A stretch of 60,830 nucleotides of DNA, counting the filler. It is 7 parts of 7 records of this genome, joined end to end, with 100 filler letters (N's around TTAATTAATTAA, not from the genome) between each part and the next. Parts side by side here need not be neighbours in the genome. Positions count along the whole stretch, not along the records: positions 1 to 5,562 come from SRR31156797_16231; positions 5,663 to 11,467 come from SRR31156797_16235; 5 more parts are not named here. One strand, 5' to 3'. Within the stretch, counting starts at the first letter, position 1; each line of letters begins with the position of its first letter. The position numbers and the translations under genes were made by a program. Under the pieces are notes generated by a model that searched no databases, was not told the origin of the DNA, and worked only from the letters and a program-made list of their open reading frames with translations. Below, piece after piece: positions 1 to 9,978 of this stretch.

Positions 1-2241
1 ATCAGTAATTTGAGGTTCCAAGTCGCCTTTCACTGTACTTATAGCTTCCGTTTTTACCTGATCTAGCTTGCCTCCTACTTTCGTGATTTCTGTGATTTGA
101 GGTTCAAGTTCTGTTTTTGCTTCACTTACGGCTGCAAGCTTGGTTTGATCTAACTTCCCCCCTACTTTCGTGATTTCTTCTAAATTAATATTTACTAAAT
201 CTAGCGCTCCACCAGTTTTAATAATATCAAAAATACTCTGTTCGCTTTCTCCTGTCCGTCCTGTAAGTGAATCAATTGAAGTCAGCATATTACTTATATC
301 GTTATTTATTACATTATCTAAATTAGACTTTATTTCAGTTAAACCACTTATTTCTTTTAATTCATCTTCAATAGCACTTATATTTAAAGTGTCAGTTTTT
401 TGGCTTTCAATTCCTTTAAAAGTTATACATGATAGTTGAACACTATAAATTTTTCCTGATTTCGCATTAACTGTTTTAGTTGTTGTGGAATAGGATATTT
501 TTTGCTCAACTCCTGTATCATCTGTAATATATGCTACAAATCCACTAATATTTTGATCGCTTGGCTTCTCTGCTATTATCTCAAATGATTTAAAGTTTGA
601 TTCTAGTCTGAAATTGATAGGTTTTTCAGGCACATTATCATTAACAGTAAGAGTATTATTATCAATATAATCTTTTGTTAAAATAAAATCATAATTAGCT
701 GCACTACTCTCTTCATTTGAGAAATTGATTTCTGTTGAAACAAAGTCTTGATAAATAAATGCTCTCACATTTGCAGACGTTGGATTATGAGTTATTTCTT
801 GTATCCATAATGTAATTTCACTATCAGAATATCTGCTATGATCTAACGTAACCATCATTCCAGATTCTAGCCAAGTACTGACATTTGTATCAAATGTTAA
901 CTGCGTCCAATCTCTACACTTTATATAGTGATTCCATTTTGAAAAAAGTTCAGCAGTTTCATTATTTTGCACTGATCCATTCGTTTCAAGTAGCAGATTT
1001 TCATCAGTTTCACCTACAATTTTCGTAGAATTTCCTGATTGACAATTTAACGGAACTCCTCTAATGATAAATTTCTTCACCCATACATTTTCATCAAGAG
1101 TGTTATTAATTTGTAGAGTTCCACCTGATAAATCAATATCTAGAGTGTAATCTATAGTTACTGAATCTCCATTAGCTTTAACAAACTCAACTTCTGGATT
1201 TTCATTGTACTCTTTCACTAAATCAGTTATAAATTTAACTTTGAAGTTTCCACTTGCTCCAGCTTCGATTTTTATCTTAGCATCATCCTCAGTTGCTCCG
1301 CTTGATGAACCAATCAATGCGAATACAATTTGATTCTCACCATACCAAAACTTATCATAATCAACCTGAAATGTATCACCTGTTTTTTTGATTATCTCCT
1401 CTTTTATCTCTCCAAGGATATTAGAATCATCAAATGTATATACTTCGTTGCTATAAACCGCAAGGGCACTTCGAATTATTAACTCTTCATTCGTCACTTT
1501 GAACTGGCTGCATGAACCCGCTCTAGCAACTTCCGCGATTTTTTCAATAATATTTGTACCTTTTTGGCAATAAAGAAACGATAATTTCAAATATTCAGAT
1601 CCATCAGGTGTCTTAATATCATGAAAATCAAGCTCCGAATCACTAAAAGGAAGATATTTTGCGAGTATGTGCATAGCTGAAAGCTCTTTTTCATCTCCAT
1701 TACAAATATATAAATTTTGATAAACTAAATCCTTTTCAAATTTCTTCTCATATGCAATTGACGTTTTATCTCGAAGCGAAACTTCGAGTCCAATTTTAGT
1801 TGGAGAAAATGCAGGTTTGATTTCATCAACTATCAGTGTTGCGAACTGATGAGATTCAGAATTAAATTCATCAGCAATATGTACTTCATCACCTTTTTTG
1901 ATAATTTCAGTATATGGTATCTCCTTACTAAGATAAAGCGCCGATACCAAATCCCATATCTCAAATTCTTCCATTGGTGTTTTAACCAATAAATCTGAAT
2001 CAAGCGCGGCATCCATAATATCTGCTTTTATTAATTCTTCATCTCGAAATTCAAAGTTCAGAGAAGCTGAATTAGGTGTCAGCTTCCCGTCCTTTGTCTG
2101 AATTAAATCTTTTATAGTAAACTGGCGTCCCACCAGATAATCGTACAAATCCACGCCAAGGTCTGAATAAAAGGTATAATTATGTTTTGTGTTGTTTGCT
2201 TCATCATACGAAGCATTTCTAAAGCCTAATGAAATCGACAT
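1..2241 (-). CDS. Phage tail tip/central-fibre-like protein (3' partial, >=747 aa) with an FN3-like domain and 29-aa repeats; absent from the ORF track
   Basis: ATG at 2241 directly follows the TAA of the upstream gene (TAAATG). Manual translation (MSISLGFRNASYDEANNTKH...) shows no stop down to position 1. FN3-like segment PEKPINFRLES...GKIYSVQLSCITFKGIES lies at about 630-400. Position after a tape-measure gene fits a tail tip protein. Confidence 0.75.
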   Translation of the reverse strand, partial: MSISLGFRNASYDEANNTKHNYTFYSDLGVDLYDYLVGRQFTIKDLIQTKDGKLTPNSASLNFEFRDEELIKADIMDAALDSDLLVKTPMEEFEIWDLVSALYLSKEIPYTEIIKKGDEVHIADEFNSESHQFATLIVDEIKPAFSPTKIGLEVSLRDKTSIAYEKKFEKDLVYQNLYICNGDEKELSAMHILAKYLPFSDSELDFHDIKTPDGSEYLKLSFLYCQKGTNIIEKIAEVARAGSCSQFKVTNEELIIRSALAVYSNEVYTFDDSNILGEIKEEIIKKTGDTFQVDYDKFWYGENQIVFALIGSSSGATEDDAKIKIEAGASGNFKVKFITDLVKEYNENPEVEFVKANGDSVTIDYTLDIDLSGGTLQINNTLDENVWVKKFIIRGVPLNCQSGNSTKIVGETDENLLLETNGSVQNNETAELFSKWNHYIKCRDWTQLTFDTNVSTWLESGMMVTLDHSRYSDSEITLWIQEITHNPTSANVRAFIYQDFVSTEINFSNEESSAANYDFILTKDYIDNNTLTVNDNVPEKPINFRLESNFKSFEIIAEKPSDQNISGFVAYITDDTGVEQKISYSTTTKTVNAKSGKIYSVQLSCITFKGIESQKTDTLNISAIEDELKEISGLTEIKSNLDNVINNDISNMLTSIDSLTGRTGESEQSIFDIIKTGGALDLVNINLEEITKVGGKLDQTKLAAVSEAKTELEPQITEITKVGGKLDQVKTEAISTVKGDLEPQITD
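4..177 (-). repeat. 87-bp (29-aa) tandem coding repeat, two copies visible, continuing off the contig
   Basis: EITKVGGKLDQTKLAAVSEAKTELEPQIT and EITKVGGKLDQVKTEAISTVKGDLEPQIT. The DNA CTACTTTCGTGATTTC recurs 87 bp apart. Confidence 0.85.
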
Positions 2242-5200
2242 TTATACCTCTCCTCCTTCCGCTTTTTTTATTCCTTCTCTAATCTGTGCAACCAGATCGT
2301 CTTGAGTCATATAGTAATTTCCATTTGATAGATAAACATTTATATTAGTTACTCCCCCACTATTTATACTTGAAGCTCCTGTTTGAGTCGGAGAATAGTA
2401 ACTTTGATTTGATTCTGTCGTTTGCGCTGATACAGTTTGAGAATTAAAATCAAGCCCGGATGCAATGATATCTTGCTCAGCATTTTGAAGTGCAAGCGAA
2501 ATACTCTCATAACCAACTTTCGCTTCCGCAACTACATTTCTCATTAACTCTTGCGCTTCCAGAGTCTGACCTGAGTTAATAAGACTGACATATTCTGTCA
2601 TCTTATTCTCAATCTGTGCAGAAGCCATAAATCCTTTTATTGCTTCCTCCTTGATAGTATTAAATATAGTTTGACCTAAACTACTCTCGAATTTTGAGAA
2701 ATCCATGTCATCAAATATACCGGAGAAGCTTGATTTAAATGACTCTGTTAATGATTTTGCTTTCTGTGAAATCTCATCATTTGGAAGCATAGCATTTATC
2801 ACGCTTGCAGATAATCCTTGAGTTTCTGCTTCTTCTCTAATAGCAGAAAAAACTCTGTCTATTTCATTATTAGAATTTTCAAGCTGCTTAGCTGCATTTA
2901 AAACTCCTGAATAATTATAAGTTTCAGCAAAGTCAAATATATCACTTCCATTAACTTTTGCATCAGCCAAGTCATTATTAAATTTGGTATAGAATTGTGA
3001 TATATTGTCATTGAATCCACTCATTGTAGTATCATAAAATGTTTTAGAAATATTACTGAACATTCCACCGAAATATGATGACATTTGACCACCAATAATA
3101 TTCATAGAATCCATTCCCTGTGATAATCCACCTACAAAACCATTCCTAACTTGAGCACTCATAGTTTCCTGTACAGATTTTTCTTTAGCTAGTTTAGTAA
3201 GCTCTCTATCAATTTCACTTGTTATCTCAATTCCAGAATCCTCATATTGTTTTATCAGTTGCTCCTTTACTTGATCTACAGATTGAACATTTAAACCTTC
3301 AAAGTCTCCAAGAGTTGCATTTTTTTCAAATGCTGCCAATTCTCTTCTTGCTTTCTCTATCATTTTTACATATTCATCAATATTATTTGCAACTGCTCCA
3401 AAGTTACTTGATTTAACACCGTCAAATTTCCATTTTCCACCGCCAAATACAGTTCCAAGTGATTGTGCGAAATTTAAATTAGACAATTCTCCTCTTTTTA
3501 GTTTATTTCCAAGATCTCCTAGAGAAGTACTTTTTAGCTGAGAACTTATTCCAGATAAACCTTCAAGATTTACTTTTGTAATATCTCCACCAATTCCTAA
3601 TCCCTTTAACGCTTCATCCATTCCAAAAGTTTCAACATGTCTTCTACGCTCAGTTCCACGCCAGAATTTTTTACGTTTCTCCTGCCACATGAATGATAAA
3701 TTTCCAAAATCTCTTTGACTATAAGCTTTATTCATTATTCCTCTAAGCTCATCTTCTGCTTTATCAATATTCCCAGTTGTTGTACCTCTATTTATAACAT
3801 TAGATAAAGTATCACTAAAAACATTGCTCAGGCCCTCTGCAGCAGATTTAATGCTTTCATTTATATTGCTTAAAATTTCGTTTTGTTTATCCCATTCAGC
3901 TGCTGATTCAGCATTAATTTTATCTGATTCGGCTTCTGAGCTAACTAAGGTTCCGAATGTATCTATTGCGGCACTTGCCGCTCCAACTATTCCCATTCCT
4001 GCTTTAGCTACTCCAAGACCACTGGTCAAACTCCCAAATAGATTAGTAAATGATCCCCCTGCCATTTTAAAGTCTCCAATTGAGCTAAAAATATTTCCAA
4101 CAGAAGAAGTTACTGATGACATCCCTTTCAAAAACTCATTATTTAAAAAATCTCCTGCTTTTTCCAATTTAGAAGCGAAATTATCTGCTTTTTCTTGTGC
4201 ATCATAAAAAATTTTTCCTGCATCTTCTGGAACGTCCTGAGGTTCTGCTTTTATAAAATTCTCTATTTTAATATATGTTTCTTTACCTTTTTCATACATA
4301 TTTCCCACTAAATCTGCTATACCACTAAACGGATTACTTCCAGTTAAAAGACTTTTAGAACTCCCTTTTCTAACACCTTCAAGCCAACCTACTATACCAG
4401 GCATACTTTTAACCATATCTTGGTTAAGTACATATTCACCTTTATGAACAATACCAGCAATGTCATATTTGCCTCCATCACCTGTGTAACCTCCAAGCGC
4501 ATATTCATCTAAATCAAGTAATCCTCCTTTTCGATATTGATTACTTAAACTCATATCATCATTTGCAATCAGTTTATTGTTCTTTATTACTTGATTCAAT
4601 TCAAGAATTGATTCGTTTAATAGGGTATTTGCACCTGTTAAATCGTATAATTTTTTACCTAATTCTTTGATTTCTTTTTCTTGTTTAGCAATTTCTTCGT
4701 CTACTGTTCCCGTTTTAAACCCAATTCCATTTTCAGCTAAAGTTTTTGTGTTATCAAATTCTCTTTTATTATCCATGTCTAAACTTCTATCGATAAAAGT
4801 CAGAATATTCGCTTTAACACTTTCAGCCCATGTTTCCATAAATGCATAAGTTTCTTCAAAACTTTTATCATCTATAACCGCACAAATCGATGCTGCTACA
4901 ATAAGTCCTAATTTTCCACCTTCTTCAACCCAATCTAATACGGGATATTTTTCTTTCAACAAATCATCTATTGGAGTTCCAATAATCTCTTCTGAAATTT
5001 TATTAACAATCGTTACAATTCTCTCTATATTTTCATATTCAGACTCAGACTCTTCATTATTTTGTGTATTTAAAAAATTTGGAATTTCACCATTTGCTAC
5101 GACTTTATAAGTTAATGTTATTTCCTTATTAAGTGATTCGTTTGAATTAAAAATTAATGACAAGATGCTATCATTTGATATAACAGATGATAATTCTAAA

Positions 5201-5502
5201 AAATCCTCTTTCATTTTTTTCAAATTCTTAGATACACTTTCTTCTAAATCATTCATATCTCCCCTTAGATTTGATGTTACTGTAATTACATTTAAAATCG
5301 CTTTGAATACATAATTTATCTCCCTAACAGTAGCATTTCTCATATTAACAGCTGCAACTGATAATGCAAAAAAATTATTTTTTAATTGTAAAGTTAAACT
5401 AGTAAATGCTTTCTTTAATTGTTCTACTGCTTTTTCTAAAGTATTTAATTTATCTAACATATTATCAAGTCCATTAACACTAAATACAACTTCTGTTGCC
5501 AT
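2242..5502 (-). CDS. Phage tail tape-measure-like protein (~1086 aa)
   Basis: Long helical Ala/Gly/Ser-rich protein containing the TMP motif YALGGYTGDGGKYDIAGIVHKGEYVL. Probable start MATEVVFSV after a GGGGGAAG RBS. The frame also stays open upstream to the contig edge. Confidence 0.7.
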   Translation of the reverse strand: MATEVVFSVNGLDNMLDKLNTLEKAVEQLKKAFTSLTLQLKNNFFALSVAAVNMRNATVREINYVFKAILNVITVTSNLRGDMNDLEESVSKNLKKMKEDFLELSSVISNDSILSLIFNSNESLNKEITLTYKVVANGEIPNFLNTQNNEESESEYENIERIVTIVNKISEEIIGTPIDDLLKEKYPVLDWVEEGGKLGLIVAASICAVIDDKSFEETYAFMETWAESVKANILTFIDRSLDMDNKREFDNTKTLAENGIGFKTGTVDEEIAKQEKEIKELGKKLYDLTGANTLLNESILELNQVIKNNKLIANDDMSLSNQYRKGGLLDLDEYALGGYTGDGGKYDIAGIVHKGEYVLNQDMVKSMPGIVGWLEGVRKGSSKSLLTGSNPFSGIADLVGNMYEKGKETYIKIENFIKAEPQDVPEDAGKIFYDAQEKADNFASKLEKAGDFLNNEFLKGMSSVTSSVGNIFSSIGDFKMAGGSFTNLFGSLTSGLGVAKAGMGIVGAASAAIDTFGTLVSSEAESDKINAESAAEWDKQNEILSNINESIKSAAEGLSNVFSDTLSNVINRGTTTGNIDKAEDELRGIMNKAYSQRDFGNLSFMWQEKRKKFWRGTERRRHVETFGMDEALKGLGIGGDITKVNLEGLSGISSQLKSTSLGDLGNKLKRGELSNLNFAQSLGTVFGGGKWKFDGVKSSNFGAVANNIDEYVKMIEKARRELAAFEKNATLGDFEGLNVQSVDQVKEQLIKQYEDSGIEITSEIDRELTKLAKEKSVQETMSAQVRNGFVGGLSQGMDSMNIIGGQMSSYFGGMFSNISKTFYDTTMSGFNDNISQFYTKFNNDLADAKVNGSDIFDFAETYNYSGVLNAAKQLENSNNEIDRVFSAIREEAETQGLSASVINAMLPNDEISQKAKSLTESFKSSFSGIFDDMDFSKFESSLGQTIFNTIKEEAIKGFMASAQIENKMTEYVSLINSGQTLEAQELMRNVVAEAKVGYESISLALQNAEQDIIASGLDFNSQTVSAQTTESNQSYYSPTQTGASSINSGGVTNINVYLSNGNYYMTQDDLVAQIREGIKKAEGGEV

Positions 5503-5562
5503 ATCACTTCCCCCTTTCACATATTTTTTATTCTCATCTATATAAATTTTAATTAGTTTCTT

Positions 5563-5662
5563 NNNNNNNNNNNNNNNNNNNNNNNNNNNNNNNNNNNNNN
5601 NNNNNNTTAATTAATTAANNNNNNNNNNNNNNNNNNNNNNNNNNNNNNNNNNNNNNNNNNNN
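5563..5662. other. Artificial contig spacer
   Basis: N44-TTAATTAATTAA-N44 (stops in all six frames), with an abrupt GC shift across it. Confidence 0.98.
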
Positions 5663-5664
5663 CA

Positions 5665-6969
5665 TCTCACAACGATGACAGTGAATTCCGTCACTACAAG
5701 ATTACGGACATCAACCTTCATGAGGTCTGGGATGCATTCCCGGGTGGCGTGGATGATGATGACGGTGGATACTGGCCCGACCCCAACGCATTCGGTGACT
5801 ACGCAGATGGCTACTCGGCGCAGATGGCAGGTCCCGCTTGGGGTTACATGAAGGCTCTGGGCTTTGGAACCGAGGAAATCAATGCCAGTTACGATCCCTC
5901 AAGCGACTCTGGTCTGGTCTACCTGCCGAAATATGGAGACTGGACGTCTTCGTACTACAATGACATCGAATTGTACCTACAGGCACGTGGATACAACGCA
6001 AATGAAATCAACGCTCTGATGCGGGACGATGCCGGAAGCGGGTACTGGGATGAACGTGTTGCTGTTGTTCTGGGCCTTGCGGACTGGAACAGTGGTCAGT
6101 CGGGAGGACGCTGGCAGCAGGATGGTGAATCCAAAATTGGAAACGGAAATACCATCCCGGGATCGAGCGAGCTGATCTGGCGTGAATCCTTCGGTGACTG
6201 GAGTGTCAATAACTCTGCAAGCAAGTTCTGGAAAAGCTATATCAACAGCTACATGGATGAAACCTGGACGCAGTTGTATAAGGCCAACAGTAGTTTTAAA
6301 TATCGTTTTGGTGTCAAGACGTTTATGAACTACTTGATGGAAAGTAGAAATTCGGCATATTACACGCCCGAATTCGCGAACGCACCTGCTCAGCCGATGC
6401 AGGCTGTCAAGGATGCCGTTGTGGCGTTGAGCGACTTTATTGTTGATCTCGAATCAGACGATCAGATGTCCCTGGAAATCTATGGTACTATCGGACGTCA
6501 CGAAGTGGACCTCACGTTCGACTATGATGAAGTCAAGAATCGGCTGATTGAAATGCAGGCAGGTCATTATGATGGCTGGACGAACATTGGGGATGGGATC
6601 AATCGTGCAGTGGAAGAACTGTACAGTGATCGCGCACGTCCTGCTGCAAGAAAAGTCATGTTCCTGTTAACGGACGGAAAGGCAAATGTTGCGCCGGATC
6701 CGAATTCGTCGGGTGAATGGGATACTGGTGTCTACAACGATGGACCGATATATGCCCGCGAACAGGCCGCTGTTGCTGCAGACCTGGGTATTACGATCCA
6801 TTGCGTCAGTGTCGGTGCTTCTTCCGATACTTCCTTGATGGACGAACTGGCAGAAGTTGGTGGGGGGACGCATTTCCATACGGAAGGGTCTATTGAGGAA
6901 TATACGCAGGGATTACAGGACATTTTCCTGGAACTTGGTGGAATGCGCCCGGTGGAATTAATTAAATGA
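5665..6969 (+). CDS. vWA-domain TadG-like pilus accessory/tip protein (5' partial)
   Basis: Frame is open from the contig edge (SHNDDSEF...). vWA motifs TNIGDGI, FLLTDG and IHCVSVG are present. Lies upstream of cpaE-cpaF-tadB-tadC. Confidence 0.75.
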   Translation, partial: SHNDDSEFRHYKITDINLHEVWDAFPGGVDDDDGGYWPDPNAFGDYADGYSAQMAGPAWGYMKALGFGTEEINASYDPSSDSGLVYLPKYGDWTSSYYNDIELYLQARGYNANEINALMRDDAGSGYWDERVAVVLGLADWNSGQSGGRWQQDGESKIGNGNTIPGSSELIWRESFGDWSVNNSASKFWKSYINSYMDETWTQLYKANSSFKYRFGVKTFMNYLMESRNSAYYTPEFANAPAQPMQAVKDAVVALSDFIVDLESDDQMSLEIYGTIGRHEVDLTFDYDEVKNRLIEMQAGHYDGWTNIGDGINRAVEELYSDRARPAARKVMFLLTDGKANVAPDPNSSGEWDTGVYNDGPIYAREQAAVAADLGITIHCVSVGASSDTSLMDELAEVGGGTHFHTEGSIEEYTQGLQDIFLELGGMRPVELIK

Positions 6970-7012
6970 CCTCTCGATTTGGTCGATGAATACTATGACC
7001 AGTGGTCTGGTC

Positions 7013-7053
7013 CCGGTTCCCGGATGATACTGTAAGAATCATTCGGGAACCGG
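7013..7053 (+). promoter_or_regulatory. Intergenic stem-loop between the tadG-like gene and cpaE
   Basis: CCGGTTCCCGGATGAT ... ATCATTCGGGAACCGG inverted repeat with no U-tract. Confidence 0.45.
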
Positions 7054-7098
7054 ATTGTTGAAAACACGACACCAGGTTGAAGGTGGGGCAGTTTCCAG

Positions 7099-8286
7099 AT
7101 GGCACGCGGCGTACAGGTCATCTTAATGAACACCGAATCCGACTACGCAGCTGAACTGCGCAGCCGGGTTCTTGAAATTCACGGGGCGAAGATCGTTGCT
7201 GAAGTGGACGAGCCAGCGCTTGTCTCCAGTGCAATCACTCGACAGTCTGCCAATATCCTGATTGTCAATCTCGATCCTTCACCAGAATTGATTCTCCCGA
7301 TCGTCGGAGAAATTGCAGCATCCAATCCTGGACTGGCAGTATTTGCCGTTTCAGGATCGACGGATGGTCAGCTGATTCTCTCGGTGATGCGGGCTGGACT
7401 TCGAGAGTTTATCCCCAAGCCGATCGATTCGGGTCTGCTGAAGGATGCGTTCGATCGAGTGATGTCCCAGATGGCCGATCACGCTCCCCAGGGACAGATC
7501 ATTTCGATCATGGGTGCTGCGGGGGGTGTCGGATCAACGACCATTGCCACGAACCTTGCGATCGAGTTACGTGATCTGACAGAGGCGAAGGTCTGCCTGG
7601 TGGATATGGATTTTCGTTTCGGGCAGATTGCGACGCTACTGGATCTCGATCCTCATTATACCGTCTCCGATTTGTGCGAAACAACCGAGTTGCTTGAAGC
7701 GCAGGTTATCCAGACAGCACTTGTTGAACACTCAAGCGGTGTCAAGGCTCTGTGCCGTCCGTTGGATCTTGCGCAGGCAGAAATGCTTTCTGCTGCTCAG
7801 TGTGGTGGGATTCTGACAGGCTTGTCGGGTATGTTTGATTTCATCATTGTTGATGGACCCGCCCGATATGATTCCGGTGCCCGGACGGTACTTGATCTGT
7901 CAGACATGACGCTGTTGACGCTCGAGCTCGTTATACCGGATGTGCGAAACATACAACGCATGATCGGAATGATGCGTGAAGCAGGCTACGGCCTGGATCG
8001 TGTCCGACTGCTGGTGAACCGGATCGGACGCGACAACTCGATTCTGTCAATCAATGATCTTGCAAAAACGCTTCATCTGGAAGTCTTCCATGCGATTCCC
8101 GATGACTGGGGAGCTGTAAGTTCATCCATCAACCTGGGTGAACCCCTTTCGGCTGGACATCCCAAGAGCCGGGCACGAATCGGCATCCGGGAACTTGCCG
8201 AGAGAATAGCTGCCGGAAGCGAAGACTTCGAAGAGGAAGAAGCGGATCGCCGGGGTGGCTTGTTCAGCAAGATCTTCAGTGATTAA
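7099..8286 (+). CDS. cpaE: Tad pilus assembly protein CpaE/TadZ (degenerate receiver domain + MinD/ParA ATPase)
   Basis: N-terminal receiver-like domain (AGLREFIPKP), deviant Walker A GAAGGVGSTT, LVDMD, and a C-terminal amphipathic RRGGLFSKIF. Confidence 0.9.
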   Translation: MARGVQVILMNTESDYAAELRSRVLEIHGAKIVAEVDEPALVSSAITRQSANILIVNLDPSPELILPIVGEIAASNPGLAVFAVSGSTDGQLILSVMRAGLREFIPKPIDSGLLKDAFDRVMSQMADHAPQGQIISIMGAAGGVGSTTIATNLAIELRDLTEAKVCLVDMDFRFGQIATLLDLDPHYTVSDLCETTELLEAQVIQTALVEHSSGVKALCRPLDLAQAEMLSAAQCGGILTGLSGMFDFIIVDGPARYDSGARTVLDLSDMTLLTLELVIPDVRNIQRMIGMMREAGYGLDRVRLLVNRIGRDNSILSINDLAKTLHLEVFHAIPDDWGAVSSSINLGEPLSAGHPKSRARIGIRELAERIAAGSEDFEEEEADRRGGLFSKIFSD

Positions 8287-8384
8287 TCATCAGCGGAATA
8301 GGGGTATTCCGCATTTGCCGGCAGGGACGCCGACCGAATAGACCAGGGGTTTTACGAAAACCAATAGTGTGGAGGTAACCAGCG

Positions 8385-9926
8385 TTGTTCGGGAAGCGAA
8401 TGCCCACAATCCAGATGCCGAAGCGGAAAACCGAAGCAGGGGGAACTCCTCCACAGGAACAGGTTCCTCCTCCACCTGAACCTCAGCAGCAAGCTGAACC
8501 GCCGAAAGCGCCCGTTGAAGAAGCCCCTCCTCCACAAAAGCCAGTTGCCCCCCAGCAACCTGCGGCTGGTACTCCCATTCAGATGCCGGACAAGAAAGCA
8601 AAGCCTGACAAGCCGGCAGCCAAGGGAGGCAACAACGAACGGATCGATTTTCTCAACAAGTTAAAAACACGCATCCACCGGAAACTCGTCGAACAACTGG
8701 ACATGAGCCGGATCAATGGAAGCGACGAATCCGTGCGGGCACAAGTGCGGGAGCTGGTCGAGGTTTTATGTGACCAGGAAAACACGCTGTTGAATCACAG
8801 TGAAAAGCAGCGTCTGATCGGCGAGATCCTCGATGAAACGTTCGGTCTTGGACCACTTGAAGTGCTGTTAGCAGATTCAGGAATCAGTGATATTCTGGTC
8901 AATGGGCCACACCAGATTTATTTTGAGAAAGCCGGACGGCTTGAAGTATCGGATGTTCGATTCCGCGACAATGGACACCTGATGCACGTGATCGACAAGA
9001 TTGTCTCGGCAGTTGGACGTCGCTGCGACGAAGTCTCTCCCATGGTCGATGCCCGTCTCAAGGACGGAAGTCGTGTCAATGCCGTTATTCCGCCGCTGGC
9101 AATCGACGGTGCGAGCATGTCGATTCGTCGTTTCGGTGCGGATCCGTTGACGTGGGATGATTATATCAATTTCAAATCCTGTACGCCCGAAATCCGCGAT
9201 TTTCTACATGCATGTGTAACGGCACATTTTAATATTCTAATCGTCGGTGGTACCGGCTCTGGTAAGACGACTCTGCTGAATAACCTGTCTTCGTTTATTC
9301 CGGAAGATGAACGCATTGTGACGATCGAAGACGCAGCGGAACTGCAACTTCGTCAGCCGCATATTGTTCGACTGGAATCTCGCCCAGCCAATATCGAAGG
9401 CAAAGGACAGATCGCGATTCGAGACCTGCTGATCAACAGCCTGCGTATGCGACCTGACCGAATCGTGGTTGGTGAGTGCCGTGGCCCCGAAACGCTGGAC
9501 ATGCTCCAGGCAATGAATACCGGGCACGACGGATCGCTGACCACGATTCACGCAAACAGCACGCGTGACGCAGTACAGCGTGTGGAAACCATGGTCATGA
9601 TGGCAGGCTTCGAACTGCCGCTCAAGGCGATTCGCCAGCAGTTTTCTTCTGCAATTCATATTCTTGTGCAACAGCAGCGCCTCACGGGTGGTCCACGTAA
9701 AATGGTTAGCGTAACCGAGGTGCAGGGAATGGAAGGCGATGTTGTGACGATGCAGGACCTGTTCCAGTTTGAACAACTGGGCATCAGCCCGCAGGGCAAA
9801 GCCTACGGTCGGTTCATTGCGACAGGTATTCGTCCGTCTTTCCTCGAGCGTATGAAGTCATGCGGAGCACACGTCGATCCGGCCTGGTTCGAGCGACAGG
9901 TGCTGATGGAAGATGATGGTTGTTGA
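8385..9926 (+). CDS. cpaF: Tad pilus assembly ATPase CpaF/TadA with a Pro/Gln-rich N-terminal extension
   Basis: [31 protein letters not shown] and MNTGHDGS motifs. GGAGG RBS before the TTG start. Confidence 0.95.
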   Translation: MFGKRMPTIQMPKRKTEAGGTPPQEQVPPPPEPQQQAEPPKAPVEEAPPPQKPVAPQQPAAGTPIQMPDKKAKPDKPAAKGGNNERIDFLNKLKTRIHRKLVEQLDMSRINGSDESVRAQVRELVEVLCDQENTLLNHSEKQRLIGEILDETFGLGPLEVLLADSGISDILVNGPHQIYFEKAGRLEVSDVRFRDNGHLMHVIDKIVSAVGRRCDEVSPMVDARLKDGSRVNAVIPPLAIDGASMSIRRFGADPLTWDDYINFKSCTPEIRDFLHACVTAHFNILIVGGTGSGKTTLLNNLSSFIPEDERIVTIEDAAELQLRQPHIVRLESRPANIEGKGQIAIRDLLINSLRMRPDRIVVGECRGPETLDMLQAMNTGHDGSLTTIHANSTRDAVQRVETMVMMAGFELPLKAIRQQFSSAIHILVQQQRLTGGPRKMVSVTEVQGMEGDVVTMQDLFQFEQLGISPQGKAYGRFIATGIRPSFLERMKSCGAHVDPAWFERQVLMEDDGC

Positions 9927-9978
9927 TCCGCAATGAAGAAATAACGCGAATGATGCGATATAAGGGAGTACAGGACTC

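Noticed and set aside
1..5562. Stop-codon recoding in the phage contig, to explain the empty ORF track at 1-2241
   Set aside because: The frame is fully open in the standard code and simply runs off the window.
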